NCBI RefSeq assembly: GCF_000143415.4
Contig: NW_003314262.1
Location: forward strand, 2,902,603-2,966,602
Reading direction: 5' to 3'
Length of the DNA stretch: 64,000 nucleotides
DNA from: Selaginella moellendorffii
Lineage: Eukaryota > Plantae > Lycopodiophyta
The notes below the pieces were generated by a model that was not told the origin of the DNA, made no database searches, and was given only the letters and a program-made list of their open reading frames with translations. The position numbers and the translations under genes were made by a program. Below are positions 1 through 12,717 of this stretch, piece after piece (positions within the stretch are counted from its first letter, which is position 1; each line of letters starts with the position of its first letter).

Positions 1-1539
1 GATTGTACCACCCTTCTCCATCAGGTCGACCGAGTTTTGATCCGGTGGAAGGCTCCAATCAAAGGCATGAATCAGGCTTGCAACTGCAAAGGGGATGAAA
101 CGAACAGCAACTGGATGCCCCGGGCACATCCTGCGTCCAGCAGAAAATGGGATCATCTCCAGCTGCGCTTCTTGTCCGACCACCTTGATCTCCGTTCCTT
201 GAAAGCGTTCAGGACGGAAGTCTTCTGGGTCAAGCCAGTGTTTTGGATCTCGTCCAATTGCCCAGATGTTGATGAGCACAGTGGACTCTTTCGGGATCTT
301 GTAGCCAGCTAGAACAGCTTCCTTGGGATTAAAATGAGGGACTCCAAGTGGGCCTGTTGGATGAAGTCGCAACACCTCTTTCAGGATTGCGTGCATGTAA
401 GGCAAGCCGGGGACATCTGAAGGCCTTAGGAGGCGCTCGGTCCCGATTGCCTCTTGGATTTCTTCCTGCGCTTTTTGCATGACAGGGGGATTCTGAATCA
501 CTTCTGCCATCGCCCACTCTACAGCTCCCTTCATGTCGTCAATTCCCGCTACAACCAGGTCCTGAAACAAACATCCGACATAGCCCTGATTAGAAAACTG
601 TCCATGGAGAACTTTGCGGATACTTACAGTGACGAGGGCCATAATTGATATATCTGAGAGATTATTATCAGCATCGTCTTGCAGAGACAGAAGCACATCC
701 GTCCAGTCCTTGGGAATGAATTTCTTGCCCGAGGATTCAATGTCGAGTTTGCACTGTTTGTGTTCTTGGATAATACCAGCAAGAAGAGACTCCAACTTTG
801 GCATCAGATCATCCCTCATTCTCCGGTTCACTCCATGGAGATCAAGACAATCAAGTGGCGGTATGAACTTCCCGACATTGATGCTCAGGGTTTGCTTCTC
901 AATCAGGCTGATCAAATCCACAACCGGCACATCTCTCTTTCCAAAGAGAACCTGGCAGAACGCACCAGAGACAAACTTACCAATGAAATGTTTGAGATTG
1001 ATGACTTTGGAGGCGGTGGCAAGACGTCCAATATCTTTGACCACGAGCGCCATTTCAGATTCTTGGTAAGCAGCAGCAGCATCCAGCCTGCTGGGATTCA
1101 GCAAGTGTCGAGCCGTGATCATCTTCAGGTTCTTCCAGGACTCTCCATAAGGAGCAAGCACAACATCTTTCCATCCGAAGCTGAAGTATTCTCCGAATTT
1201 TGAAAGTGGCCTGTAAGCAAACTCCACATCATGAGCTCTCAGGACCTCCCTGGCCATCTCAGAGCTGTTCACAACTATGTAAGACACAAGCCCGAGCTTG
1301 ATATGGATTATGGGTCCATAGATCTTTGTGAGGCTTGCAAAGTGACGGTGCAGCGGATTCCTGAGAGAAAGAAGTGATCCTAAAACTGGGAGAGGCATAG
1401 GACCTGGTGGAAGCTGACCATGTTGAGCTTGCACTTTTCTGAGGAATGAGGAGGCGATCATGATTAGAAGCAGAACAACAACAAAAGCCAGGCACATTTT
1501 CGGAATCAAGCTTTGAAGTGAAAAACCTAAATCCATCAT
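1..1539 (-). CDS. Cytochrome P450, CYP71 clan (A-type); 2 exons (1539-628, 561-1), 3' end runs off the window
   Basis: Manual minus-strand translation, missed by the ORF track because no stop lies in the window. MMDLGFSLQSLIPKMCLAFVVVLLLIMIASS (membrane anchor; alternative ATG at 1497), LPPGPMPLPVLG hinge, APYGESWK, I-helix DLVVAGIDDM, KEVLRLHP (ExxR), FRPERF, heme motif PFSAGRRMCPG. GT-AG intron 627-562 sits just before the I-helix, the conserved A-type position. Confidence 0.95.
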   Translation of the reverse strand, partial: MMDLGFSLQSLIPKMCLAFVVVLLLIMIASSFLRKVQAQHGQLPPGPMPLPVLGSLLSLRNPLHRHFASLTKIYGPIIHIKLGLVSYIVVNSSEMAREVLRAHDVEFAYRPLSKFGEYFSFGWKDVVLAPYGESWKNLKMITARHLLNPSRLDAAAAYQESEMALVVKDIGRLATASKVINLKHFIGKFVSGAFCQVLFGKRDVPVVDLISLIEKQTLSINVGKFIPPLDCLDLHGVNRRMRDDLMPKLESLLAGIIQEHKQCKLDIESSGKKFIPKDWTDVLLSLQDDADNNLSDISIMALVTVSIRKVLHGQFSNQGYVGCLFQDLVVAGIDDMKGAVEWAMAEVIQNPPVMQKAQEEIQEAIGTERLLRPSDVPGLPYMHAILKEVLRLHPTGPLGVPHFNPKEAVLAGYKIPKESTVLINIWAIGRDPKHWLDPEDFRPERFQGTEIKVVGQEAQLEMIPFSAGRRMCPGHPVAVRFIPFAVASLIHAFDWSLPPDQNSVDLMEKGGTI

Positions 1540-1994
1540 CTGATTTTAACTTGACAATTAATGAGCCAAGTCAAGTCCAACTATATGTATGGTTGGTACT
1601 GATTGATTCCAATGACTCTTTCATGGGCTGACTTTTGGTTGTTGAGTTAAATAATTGAACTATCTGTGATGGTTGAATTGAAAAATGTTATAACCAAGAA
1701 TAGATCTTTACCTATTCTTTGAGAACATCTGCACTTATTGCCACATGTTTTAACTGCTCGGGCACAACCCCGTGAAGGCCACATACACACCTGTTAACTG
1801 CCAAAATGGGCTTGCACCCAAGTTGCCTATTCTATGTGGTAATGGGCTGGTAGAGGCTTTCTGTATAGGTTGTGGAGGCATTAACAAGGATTGAATTGTT
1901 GGTCATTATTGTATCTAAATTAGTTCTTCTGCATATGCTCTTTAGGTAACTTAACATGGCTGCTACCAAATAAAATATAAGTTACAATACTATC

Positions 1995-4900
1995 TTTGTG
2001 ATTATGGGTATTGAAGTTACTTGTCAACTAATCCTTTTTCCTTATTGCTTTTTCCTTATTCCTTATTGCCATGGTTTATTATGGTTATTATTGACCTGAA
2101 CCATAATAAAGGGTTCAGGTCAATATTGCTGAACCCGTTATTAGTCTTTGCCTAGAGAAATTGGTAATCACATGTACATTTAGACTAGAAGGGCACTAAG
2201 GAAGGAAATCTTAAATTATTATTTAGTCAAACATACTTGACATGGTGATAAGAAGTTTATGTTGTTGATTTGCATTTGCTAGTGTTAAAAACCCTTATGA
2301 TATTGAGCTTGGTCCCTCCATATTACTAAATGATAATTTACTGTGTTTATCAAACACCCTCGCTATTATGCCATTTATGTTAGTCCTGTTCAATCCCAAT
2401 TGTTATATATAGAAAGTGTCTAGATCTATTAGTTTTACATATCTATGGAATGTAGAGATTGTCTATAACACAATGGTGTTGGTCCCATGTCCAAATTCAC
2501 AATTTAAAACCATTCGATATTTAATAAATTTCAAATTTGTTCTAGAGACTAACTTTTGGTATTAAAGGTGGCTAAGGGTGAAAGCCCAAAATATGCATTC
2601 CTCAAGGGGGAAGGGGGGGTGGGGTGATTTAATGTACAGTAAGGATAATGAGTATGTTAGACATGGCTAACCAATTTAAGCTATAGTCTAACTCTGTTTG
2701 CATGCTTATTTTTGTTCTATGTGTAGTTTGGGTCTAAGCCCAAGTTTCACACCATGCTAGTTGGTGGAGTATCTATGTCCTTGCGTTAGGTCACCAGTAT
2801 ATTGAAATAACACTAAACTATATTTAGCTCTATTTTGCATATTGGTCCTAGAATTGGGATATTAAATGCTCTAGGACTGTTTTAAGTTGCTCCATGTTTT
2901 TGTTTCTTTACTTCTTGGGCTGTATACTCATGAGTCACTCTATACTCCAATCTCTAGTTCCATACTTAGGAGTTTTGCTTCGTTCCTTCATTCAATTGCC
3001 CAAGGCGCTAAAACTTAGGTTTTGCTCCACTATCCTTGGACATATGGTATGTGGCACATGGCATATAACATATGGCATACAGAGGATTTAAGTTCTGCTT
3101 CATAGTTATCCTATGGTAAATCACCATAGGATAAAGGGTGAAAACTGCTACATTTGGTATTAAAGAATATGTTTCAATGAGTACTATCCAATAAAATTGG
3201 GCAACTAATTTTGTTGCATATGTAGAGATGAAGATGATGATTTGAGTGGGTACACATTTAGGTGCTAAGGTTTTGCATCCATTCCTTGGGTATGGATTTT
3301 GGTTACTTTTTATACTATATTATGTGAGTTCACTCTTAGGCTCATAAGATGGATTGAAATGTTCTATTTGCATGAGTTTGCATTTGGATTTATGAGCCAC
3401 ATTAGCAACTCAAGGTTACACTTTGAGTTGGTAGGATTAATGTTAGCTTATCGGGGGTTATAAACCATGTACTATAGGTAAAAAGCAAACCTCTCTTAGG
3501 TTAGTTATGAGTGGCAAATATGTTGGTCCATAGTTGTTTAGCATGGCACTAATGGATCCTTCCTATATATGATTAAAAGTGGATCAATCAAGATTGTAGA
3601 TTAATCTATTGGTTCAAGTAATCATTGTTGTGCCTTTTCTTAGATTGAACTAAAAGTAGTGTGCACATAGTCTTGAGGTTTGGTCAAAGTTAAGACCAAA
3701 AAGAAAGTTATCGGGATGAAGGATTAAACACGTAAATCATCTTCACTTCTTTGAAAGATAATTTGGCAACAAGGTGTGAAATCATTACTCATGTTCAAAT
3801 TATGCAATTAAGAGTCCTTACCTTGATGTATATTAGTTATGATGGTCTTATAAATGGTGAGTTATGGGATGGATAATAGTGAAGCACTATACCATTTTGT
3901 CTATGCTTGCTATTGAAGACTTAGGTTACAATGCTAAATTCTTTTTTAAGGAACCTTGCTATTGCTCCTTGAGTAGCTTGGTGTTGGATTAGTTTTTGAG
4001 TTTGGTAAAAAAGAGTGTGGCATGAGCTTATTTATGTTATAAACAAAATTGATGGTGTTTGATGTTGTAAATCTTGATTGGTGGGGTGTAACATTTATGT
4101 TGTAATTTGTCAAATAGAGTTGGCATTTGATATTCATGTAGACTTTTAAAGTAATAATGTACATTTGATTGTGGTATTGCTTGATTGATGATCAAGTTAT
4201 TATGATATTTATATCATATCTATGTGATAATGAGTAATGTGTTTATGAAGTTGCTTGATTAAACAATGATCAACCCCAAAATATTTGATAGTGAAGCTAG
4301 TTTATTTGTACGTAGTAACATTATAGTAGCTTTGACTGGATTCTCAATAGTGATCCATTATGCTAAGCTTATGTCAATACTTTAGTTTTTAAAAGGTTGC
4401 CTATTGACGTGTTGGAAGGGTTATAGCATTCACTTGCTATGACTTGTTAGTTTATCTGTTAGCACTTGGAGTAAATTATTGAATGGAGAATGTGTGTAGT
4501 TGAGACATTGACATCACTAAAACTTGTGCTAGTGGAAATGGCATTATTGAGTGATGAAGAAATTTCCTTAGAGCTTGTTTTCCATTTTTTTTTTTTGTTA
4601 GTGTTTTGGCTTTACATTGGATTTCAAACGTGATTAAAGAAGAGTATTATGTAAGCTCCTGAGTTTAGACTTCCCGGGAGGTCACTCAGCCCAGTACTAT
4701 TCAAACCCAAAGACACTTAACCCTAAATATCCCAAAATTCTTAACCGATTGAAAAAGGGGGTGCACTTTTGTCCATGGGCCCTTTCCCTCTATATTTGAA
4801 CGGAAGCTGAGAGCTGCAGCTCTCTCGAGAGCCCCGCTCTCTTAACACCCTACCCCTCGGGTTGAGCCCAGCAGGAGCAAACTGGACCAGCCAGATGTCA

Positions 4901-7565
4901 ATCAACATATGGTGTGATTCCCTTAGCCAACTAATAGAGTCGGACCTGAGACCACTCTAATACTAAATGTAAGTTCCTGAGTTTGGACTTCCCGGGAGGT
5001 CACCCAGCCCAGTACTATTCAAACCCAAGGACGCTTAACCCCAAATATCCCAAGACCCTTAACCGATTGGAAAAGGGGGTGCACTTTTGTTCATAGACCC
5101 TTTCCCTCTATATTTGAACCCCATGGATCATCTCTCGAGTTATTTCCTTTGGTTGCTTATATATTAGTGCAATATGAATATCTATGGTCTTTGTGATTAG
5201 GTCTTGGGTATGCATTTGCATTTTGTGGATATTAAATGTCAGATATATAGGCAAGATATTCAATACTTAGACATATTGTTGGGTCATGAGAATTTGTGTT
5301 GAGATGAACTTTTGTAAAGTTGTAAGTAAGGAAGAGTTTTAGATTGAGAGTCATTCTTTCTTTAGAATGGAAATTTTTTTACAAATTTTTCTTAGGCTTT
5401 AACAATGTCTGATTTGTTAATCATTTTGCTTGAAAACCATTTCATTTTCATAAGCTAATACAAACTAGTGAAGGGGTTAGAATTGAGTTTAGTTAGTTTA
5501 AATCATAATGAGTAGTTTGTATGATGTGACCCGAAAGGGAGGCTGACTTTTAGGGCTAAGGTAATTAAGTTGGATAGAGTTTGAAGTTAATGTAAAAAAG
5601 TGGCTATTACACTTTTTTAGAAATATGACCCTTGTGCCTTTCTTTTATAATGTTATGTTTAGTGGTAGGTTACACTTTATATTTCTTTAACACTTTATAA
5701 GAGTAATGAGCTCTCACAAATTTTAACTTGGTCTTGATGGCCCTGCACCTTGGCTGAGGATAGGAATGTTTTACTTAGTTGTTTGAGGTTGAGATGTTAA
5801 TATCCATACTATAGCTTTGTCTATTAAGAGGTTATATACCATATGAGTCTATCTTATGGTCTTCACTTTAGTTTAGACTAAGTGTTGATTATGTATAGCT
5901 AGCCTCTTCAAAGTTTATTTAGAGCTGTAGCTAAATGTGTTGGTGAGTTTATTATAGTTCGATTGGATTCAAATGGTTATTTAATCTATGCTTGTCCGTG
6001 TTCTTATATCTAGTACCTTGAGTGTACCTTTCTATTGGACAAGTGTATGACTTGATAGCATGAATTTAGTGTTTGGGTCTTGTGAAAGGCAAGTTAAAGA
6101 GTGATTATTGGTTTCTTTGCAACTGTTTGTATATTTCATCAAGAATTATTGACACTTGTTTAACTCGATGATGATTTAACAGTGATAAACTTACTTTACC
6201 AAATGGTGTTGTGGAGGATCATGTCATTAAACTTATATAACTTTTCCATGTTGGCATGTTGATTCTACCTCTATCGATATTATTTGGTTGTATTTGTTGG
6301 ATTATATTGAGTCTTGGATGTGGTGAATCACTCTTTAATGATATGTTATTTGTAATTGAGTTTTACTAAAGGTTTAATCTCAGATACTGAGTAAAGTATC
6401 TTTGACTTTGGTTAACTAAGTTACTAAAAAGCTTTGAGTGGTAAATTCACTTTTGTTTTTTATTAGCTTTGTTATGGTGTTCGAAATAAAATGATGCCTT
6501 GTCATTGATATTGTTGATATTGAGATTAGAGTGAAATGAGATATCTCTCAATAGAATTGATATTGAGCTTCATTAGTCTCAATGTGGATAGTGTTAATAA
6601 TTTGGTTGTAGCTTTGTACATTTGTGTATTTGCTAGTTAGCAACTATATTGATATTCAAATAAATTGAGTGGCAAGTTTGAGTTAGTTATGCTGTAGACA
6701 AGATTATTTAGTAGGGGTTGGGCTATACTGCTGAATTTTTCCTTAAAAAGTGATTTAATCATGAACTATACTAGCTTTACGAGAAGAAAAGTTAGTGATT
6801 GATATTAAAGATATTGGTTCTTTGTTAGATTTAACTCACTTTATAACAAGTGCAAAAAAATCGTTGAGTATAAGATTTGTTGTGTTTGGCTTTTAGATTG
6901 ATGTAAAAATGCTTTTTATTAGCTTTAGTATTATAAAGTTTAGTTTATGGATGTGTTGAGGAGAATATTGTGGGTTGTACCATGATTTATTTTTCAGTAT
7001 TGAAATTAATTTATGCAAAATTTATGATCATTATTAAGCAAAACTTGGGTATAAATGTTTTTGAGTTTTTGGTTTTTTGAGTTTTATACTCATTGGTCTA
7101 TTTGTTAGGAGTTGTTGGGGAGCTATTTAGTTTCGATATTGAAGTTAGTATTTGCATATGGCAATCATTGGTGATGATTAATTATCATCTAGAATAGTTA
7201 ATTATCCTTTTAAAAGGTTTTATTTGATTATTGTTAATCTAAAATGATTTGCCATTCTTAAGGATAATGAAGTCTTTTTTCGATGACGATTATACATATC
7301 TTTATTGATGGAATGATTGATAACCTTTCATAATAGTTAGCTATTCTTTTTGATGGCTTATGACTTTTCACATTACCATATGTTTTTTGTGGTTTGTTTT
7401 AGATTGGTCTCTTGGGTTTGAGACATTGATAGGATGTTTGTCACGAATGTGACTTCGGATATTGAAAGCTATTTGTTGGCTAGTCCTTTTGGACATTTTT
7501 TCCTTATTGTCATGACAATAAGAGGTTGGTATTGCTAGATTTATTATCAGTTCCCACTTGAGCTA
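1995..7565 (+). mobile_element. Old, decayed copy of LTR family A (5' LTR ~1995-3152, PBS remnant, internal region, LTR fragment ~7439-7565)
   Basis: ~2290-3152 is the diverged reverse complement of the LTR at 20153-21299, ending ...CTACA followed by TTTGGTATT (decayed tRNA-Met PBS). Internal sequence matches 16700-18530 and, inverted, 55530-58630. Strongly CpG-depleted, no ORFs. Boundaries approximate. Confidence 0.7.
4650..5161 (-). mobile_element. Cassandra-type TRIM with 5S rRNA-derived sequence in both LTRs
   Basis: LTRs ~4650-4847 and 4968-5161, TSD TATTA (4645-4649 / 5162-5166), minus-strand PPT (ccctacccctc at 4848) and decayed PBS (~4955-4965). Minus strand of the LTR reads GTTAAGCGTCCTTGGGTTTGAATAGTACTGGGCTGGGTGACCTCCCGGGAAGTCC, matching the plant 5S rRNA internal-promoter region. 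Confidence 0.85.
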
Positions 7566-7569
7566 AATG

Positions 7570-8610
7570 AGAAACTGGTCAATGGGGGGGGGAGGTGAGG
7601 TGAAGCTCGTGTCCCTATCTGTCGTGGTTGATATGGTCGAAGTCCTTAGTGGGGAGTTTGTGGGACTCAAGGATGTACATGTTTTATCACTCGTAAACAA
7701 GTGGTGCAAGAGCCATAGTGGTGGTTTCCATATCCATTCGTCTTTGCTAGCCTCACTTCTGTATCTAAAGAATGACTAGAGAGTGTATTCCTGAGTGATT
7801 TTTCCTTTATTCCCTCTTTTTGTCAGCATGTCCACTCTAGTGTGATGATCAGTCATGACTAGACCTTTGAGATTGTTGCCCAAGCCAAGGGGTTCTTGTC
7901 ATTGAACGTCCTAGTATAATGGGCCTTCTAGATCTTTGTTAAAGTACATCCTTTGAGAACATCAAAGAGTTCTTGATAGAGATGTGTGAAGTGAGTGTAT
8001 GTTTGATTGAGTTTGTCAAAGTGGGGGTGTTCGTTGTGCTTCCATTTCCAGATATCCAAGCGTTTGGTCTTCCCTTGAAGGAAGCTACCCCAGAGTGTGG
8101 ATTCGTAAATGATAACTGTGCTTCCTTATGAAGGATTCCCATGGCTCCCTCCCAAACTTCCTATACTGCCGAGCATTCCCATAATATATGTCGTTATGTC
8201 TCTTTTGCTCCACAAACATTGCACCCTGTGTTCAGGAGGTTTATTGCCACGAGTGAGGGGAGTCATTCTTGTTGGGCTAGCCATATGAAGTAGCAATTTT
8301 TGGTAGATCAGTGGCCTTTTCAGATCTTGTTCACACATTGCGAGTGCTTCAGGGGGAGGATTTGTTAAGCTCTTGCTTTTTGGATAAAAGTGGAATGAGT
8401 TGAGGGGCGAATCATTCGTTGGCCGAGCTTAGTCTTATATTGAAAGAACCCCTTGCATGTGTCCTTCCATTCCCACTCCACCAGGTCCCACTGTAATTCA
8501 TCTAGCGTTTAGTGGCAGAACCAATAGAGTCTAGCATACTGTCACTCCGAAATTGCTGGGTTTATGCATGCAATCTTCTTCTCCATCTGGATGATGCAGA
8601 CAAGCTGGGT
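7570..8610 (-). pseudogene. LINE (L1-like) ORF2 C-terminal fragment with zf-RVT motif, decayed
   Basis: Minus strand ~8235-8150 reads NTGCNVCGAKET*RHILWECSAV*EVWE, the CxxC...HxxxxC...W zinc-binding motif of non-LTR retrotransposons, with stops. Boundaries approximate. Confidence 0.7.
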
Positions 8611-8629
8611 AACAATCATATTTGGGAGA

Positions 8630-9824
8630 TCTCTGAGATGGACCCGAGATGGACAAGATGGAGTCCGAGATGGACCCGAGATGGAGTTTGAGATGGAGTC
8701 CGAGATGAACCCAAGATGAAGTTCGAGATGGAGTCCGAGACTGAGACTGAGACCAAGTCTGAGCCCGAAATTGGGACTGGGACCGAGTCCGAGTCCGAGT
8801 CCAAGTTCGAGTCTGAATACTAATACAGGTTGTTGGGTGAAAGCCCAAAGCGATCGTCCCCTGGGGGGGGGGGGGGGGTTGCAGGGGGTTCCAAAAGTAT
8901 AGTAGGGAGAGTGTGGGGGTTAGAGCCCAATGGAGCCAGTTTGGCCCAGGAAGGCCATACCCAGCTGTTGGGTGATGGGATGACCACTGGAAAGTCCAAA
9001 ATTAGAATGAATACGGACAGACAAGCGGGGTAGCTTGGTGAAGTGTTCAAGAGCCAGCTCTAGTTCCCCCGGGAAATCGAATGGTCGATGCTCCTAGTCC
9101 AAGTGTGGGTGGCACTACCTACTTGGATACCTAGTGTGGCTCAACGGAACCTTGCTCTAAGCCCATGGCTAGAGCACCTAAGGGCAGAAGGCAGGGAGAG
9201 TACCCACAAGGCTTGCGTAGGGCCACAGTGTTCCGAAATGTTGTCCCAAAGTCCCAGACTGCGGAAAGGAAAAGGAGCAGTCCTTTGGTGTGGTGACCAA
9301 GGATACAGTCACGTGGTGAGGAAGTCCCAGTGGATAGTGGGACTTAGTGGTTGGGCCTGTGGGCCTTGATCCAGTGGTAGTGTTGGCGAACACGACCAGA
9401 AATGGAAAGGACTTAGTGGGGACCGAAGGAAGGATATTGAGGAAGGTTGTTCCCCTTGTCGGTGGTCATCCTAAGGGTGCTAAGGAGTGGATCTGGGATG
9501 ACCACTCATGGATGGATGGCCCAATATTTGAGAGATGAGATGGCAATGTAAGTGGTGTTGGATCACCATGTGACCAAAGTGAATGGGCATGGCCTTAGCG
9601 TAACAGGCCGATATGTCAGAGATACCTTTGGGGTGTCAGTCATGAGATTGGACACGTGGTGCACTGGGACCAAGTGCAACAGTTGAGTGGCATGGATGCC
9701 ATTCACGGGGCTAGTAAGCCCCAAGTCCATATTAGGATTTATGGAGGTTGTGAGTGAGACTCCTCCAAGTGGTCGGAGGTGTGGTTAAGTGACTAAAGTA
9801 AAATGGAAAATTTAGTCGCTTACA
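8630..9824 (+). mobile_element. 5'-truncated, diverged LTR of family B
   Basis: Remnant GAGATGGAGTCC repeats followed by sequence collinear with 11700-12717, ending GTCGCTTACA at 9824. Confidence 0.85.
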
Positions 9825-10806
9825 CAACTAAAGTGAATGTGAAGCAAGAATCAATTGTTATCCTCTCATCCTCTTATAGTTCAAGTGGAGAAGTCATGCT
9901 AGTATCAACATTGAATTCACTAGCTCCAGCTTTAGTAATATTCAAAGTTGTTAGCAATGCTTTCCAGTTTTCAAACCTCTCAATCGACGTGCACTTGTTT
10001 TTGTATAGTCTCGTAAGCAAGCTTCCATCCTCTTACAACAGCAACATTTTCTTCGAGCTACCACCTCTTATTAATAGCATAGGTTCCAAATGGAAGGGGA
10101 TGGAAAACAAGCAGGATGTCCATAATTGGTGCAAGATCAAGACTATACACTTCCAACATTTTGAAAGCACAGTGTTTATAGTTCATTGTGGTGGGTATTT
10201 AGATTGTGTGGATGAAGCATGCAATCGAGACCACTGTAGAAATTCTATTTTTCTTGAAGGGTTTGCAATCAATCCTCCAGTTTGTGACACTATTGTTATT
10301 GGATTCAAGTGTCGATTCTACAAAAATGCTCCTCTATGTCATACTATCTACAAAGCCAAAATGTACTACTTTCTTCCACATGATAGAAGAGCTATAGTGC
10401 ATGTTAGCACACACATACATCTAATGTAAGAAGGGATGCAAAAGAGTTCTCTTAATTGTTTCAAAAATGTTGTGCAAGAAGAGATTATGAGAAACTCATT
10501 TGCAACTCCAAAACATATTCAAAAGATTATCCTCAAGGATTTTATCGCAAACACCTTACTCAATGCAGGTTGCCAAAAGATAACTAAACAAGGCTAGCTT
10601 GTGGGACTTATTACAAGGAGTACAACTTGCTACTAGCCTAAGGAGGTACATTTGTTATATATCATACATTATAATAATATCTTTTTTTTACATTATATTA
10701 TTTAGGATAAAATCTTGAATATGTGAATCTCAAGAGGGGAAGTTGCTATAAAAAATTGACTCCATCCTTGAATTGAAACAAACCTATCCATATGAGTTCA
10801 TCCATG

Positions 10807-12717
10807 TGTGAGACACAAAATCCCTAGGCCCCAAAGTGGAGCTGGAAGGGCGCCACGTGGTAGTGGCCGAAGCGAGAGCCAAACGAGCGTAAGACGTTTG
10901 GACCAAAAGCTCCGACTTGAAAAGTCAAGAGCGGGAGTGGAACTCCCAACAAAGTGCTCGAGGAACAAGTATGAAGCGAGCAATAAGCGAGGCTCCAAAA
11001 AGGGACCCAAAAAGGACCAACACATGACATGTGGAAGTGTCCGAGATGGAGTCCGAGGTGGACCCTAGTTGGAGTCCGATATGGAGTCCGAAGTGGAGTC
11101 CGAGATGGAGTCCGATATGGAGTCCGAGATGGACCCGAAGTGGAGTCCGAGATGGAGTCCGATATGGAGTCCGAGATGGACCCGAGATGGAGTCCGAGAT
11201 GGACCCGAAGTGGAGTCCGAGGTGGACCGAGACAGAGTCCGAGATGGACCCGAGATGGAGTCCGAGATGGACCCGAGATGGAGTCCGAGATGGAGTCCGA
11301 GGTGGACCGAGACGGAGTCCGAGATGGACCCGAGATGGAGTCCCAGATGGACCGAGACGGAGTCCGAGATGGAGTCCGAGGTGGACCGAGACGGAGTCCG
11401 AGATGGACCCGAGATGGAGTCCGAGATGGACCGAGACGGAGTCCAAGATGGAGTCCGAGATGGACCGAGACGGAGTCCGAGATGGAGTCCGAGATGGAGT
11501 CCGAGAAGGACCCGAGATGGAGTCCGAGGTCGAGACTGAGACCGGGACCGAGACCGAGACTGAGACCGAGACCGGGATCGAGACCAAGACCGGGACCGGG
11601 ACCGAGACCGAGACCGAGGCCAAGGCTGAGACCGAGTCCGAGTCCGAGTCCGAGTCCGAGTCCGAGTCCGAGTCCGAGTCCGAGTCCGAGTCCGAGTCCA
11701 AGTCCGAGTTCGAGTCTGAGAGGGTGAAAGCTCAAAGCATTCGTCTCCCAGACCCTGGGGGGTTTGGTGAGCTCCAAAAGTATAGTGAGGGGGAGGACTG
11801 CAGTGGAGCCAGTTTGGCTAGGAAAGGCCAGTTTGTCCCAGGAAGGGCCAGACCCAGTGTTGGGTGATGAACTGACCACTGGGAAGTCCAAGACTAGAGT
11901 GAATACGGACCGACAAGCGGGGTAGCTTGGTGAAGTGTTCAAGAGCCGGCTCTAGTTCCCCCGGGAGATCGACTGGCCGATGCTCCCAGTCCAAGTGTGG
12001 GTGGCACTACCTACTTGGATACCAGGTGTGGCTCAACGGAACCTCGCTCTAAGCCCATGGCTAGAGCACATAAAGGCGAAAGGCGGGGAGAGTACCCAGG
12101 TGGCTCGCGTAAGGCCACGGTGTTCCGAAATGTTGCCCCAAAGGCCCAGACTATGGAAAGGAAGAGGAGCAGTCCTCTGGGGTAGTGACCAAGGACACAG
12201 TCGTGTGGTGAGGAAGTCCCAGAGGACCGTGGGACTTGGTGGTCGGGCCTGTGGGTCTCGATCCAGTGGCAGTGTTGGCAAACACGGCCAGGGGCAGAAA
12301 GGGACTTAGTGGGGACTGACAGAGGGATATTGGGGAAGGCTATTCCCCTTGTCGGTGGGCATCCTAAGGGTGCTAAGGAGTGGATCTCAGATGACCACTC
12401 ACAGATGGTTTGCCTAGTCTTGGAGAGCCAAGACTGTGATGCAAGTGGTAATGGACTACCAGTGTGGCAAAGGTGATTGGGCATGGCCTTAGCGTAACGG
12501 GCTGGCATGTCGGTGGTACCTTTGAGTGTCGGTCATGGGATCGGACACGTGGAGCACTTGGACCAAGTGCAAATGTTGAGTGGCATGGATGCCATTCTCG
12601 GGGCTAGCAAGTCCCAAGTCCTGGATTGGACTTATGGAGGTGGTGAATGAGACTCCTCGAAGTGGTCGGAGGTGTGGTTAAGTGACTAAAGTAGAATGGA
12701 AAATTTAGTCGCTTACA
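10807..12717 (+). mobile_element. Solo LTR of family B (1911 bp)
   Basis: TG...CA ends (TGTGAGACAC...GTCGCTTACA), perfect 5-bp TSD CCATG (10802-10806 / 12718-12722), collinear with the LTRs at 47794 and 53739. Confidence 0.95.
11040..11717 (+). repeat. VNTR inside LTR B: 12-bp units (GAGATGGAGTCC / GAGATGGACCC variants), then 6-bp GAGACC and GAGTCC arrays
   Basis: Directly visible. Equivalent arrays of different length at ~48025-48510 and ~53970-54540. Confidence 0.95.

Noticed and set aside
679-1203. Plus-strand ORFs (37-312, 614-1069, 679-1203) and antisense ORFs over the transposase and cargo genes
   Set aside because: Shadows of real genes on the opposite strand; no recognisable motifs.
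4986-5040. Functional 5S rRNA gene
   Set aside because: Only ~55 nt of the internal promoter region, embedded in TRIM LTRs.
10824-11942. Long Ser-Asp / Leu-Gly / Arg-Asp repeat ORFs (also 47768-48791, 53676-54803)
   Set aside because: They arise from 6/12-bp VNTR units inside LTRs that leave nearly all frames open; they are not SD-repeat adhesins or SR proteins.
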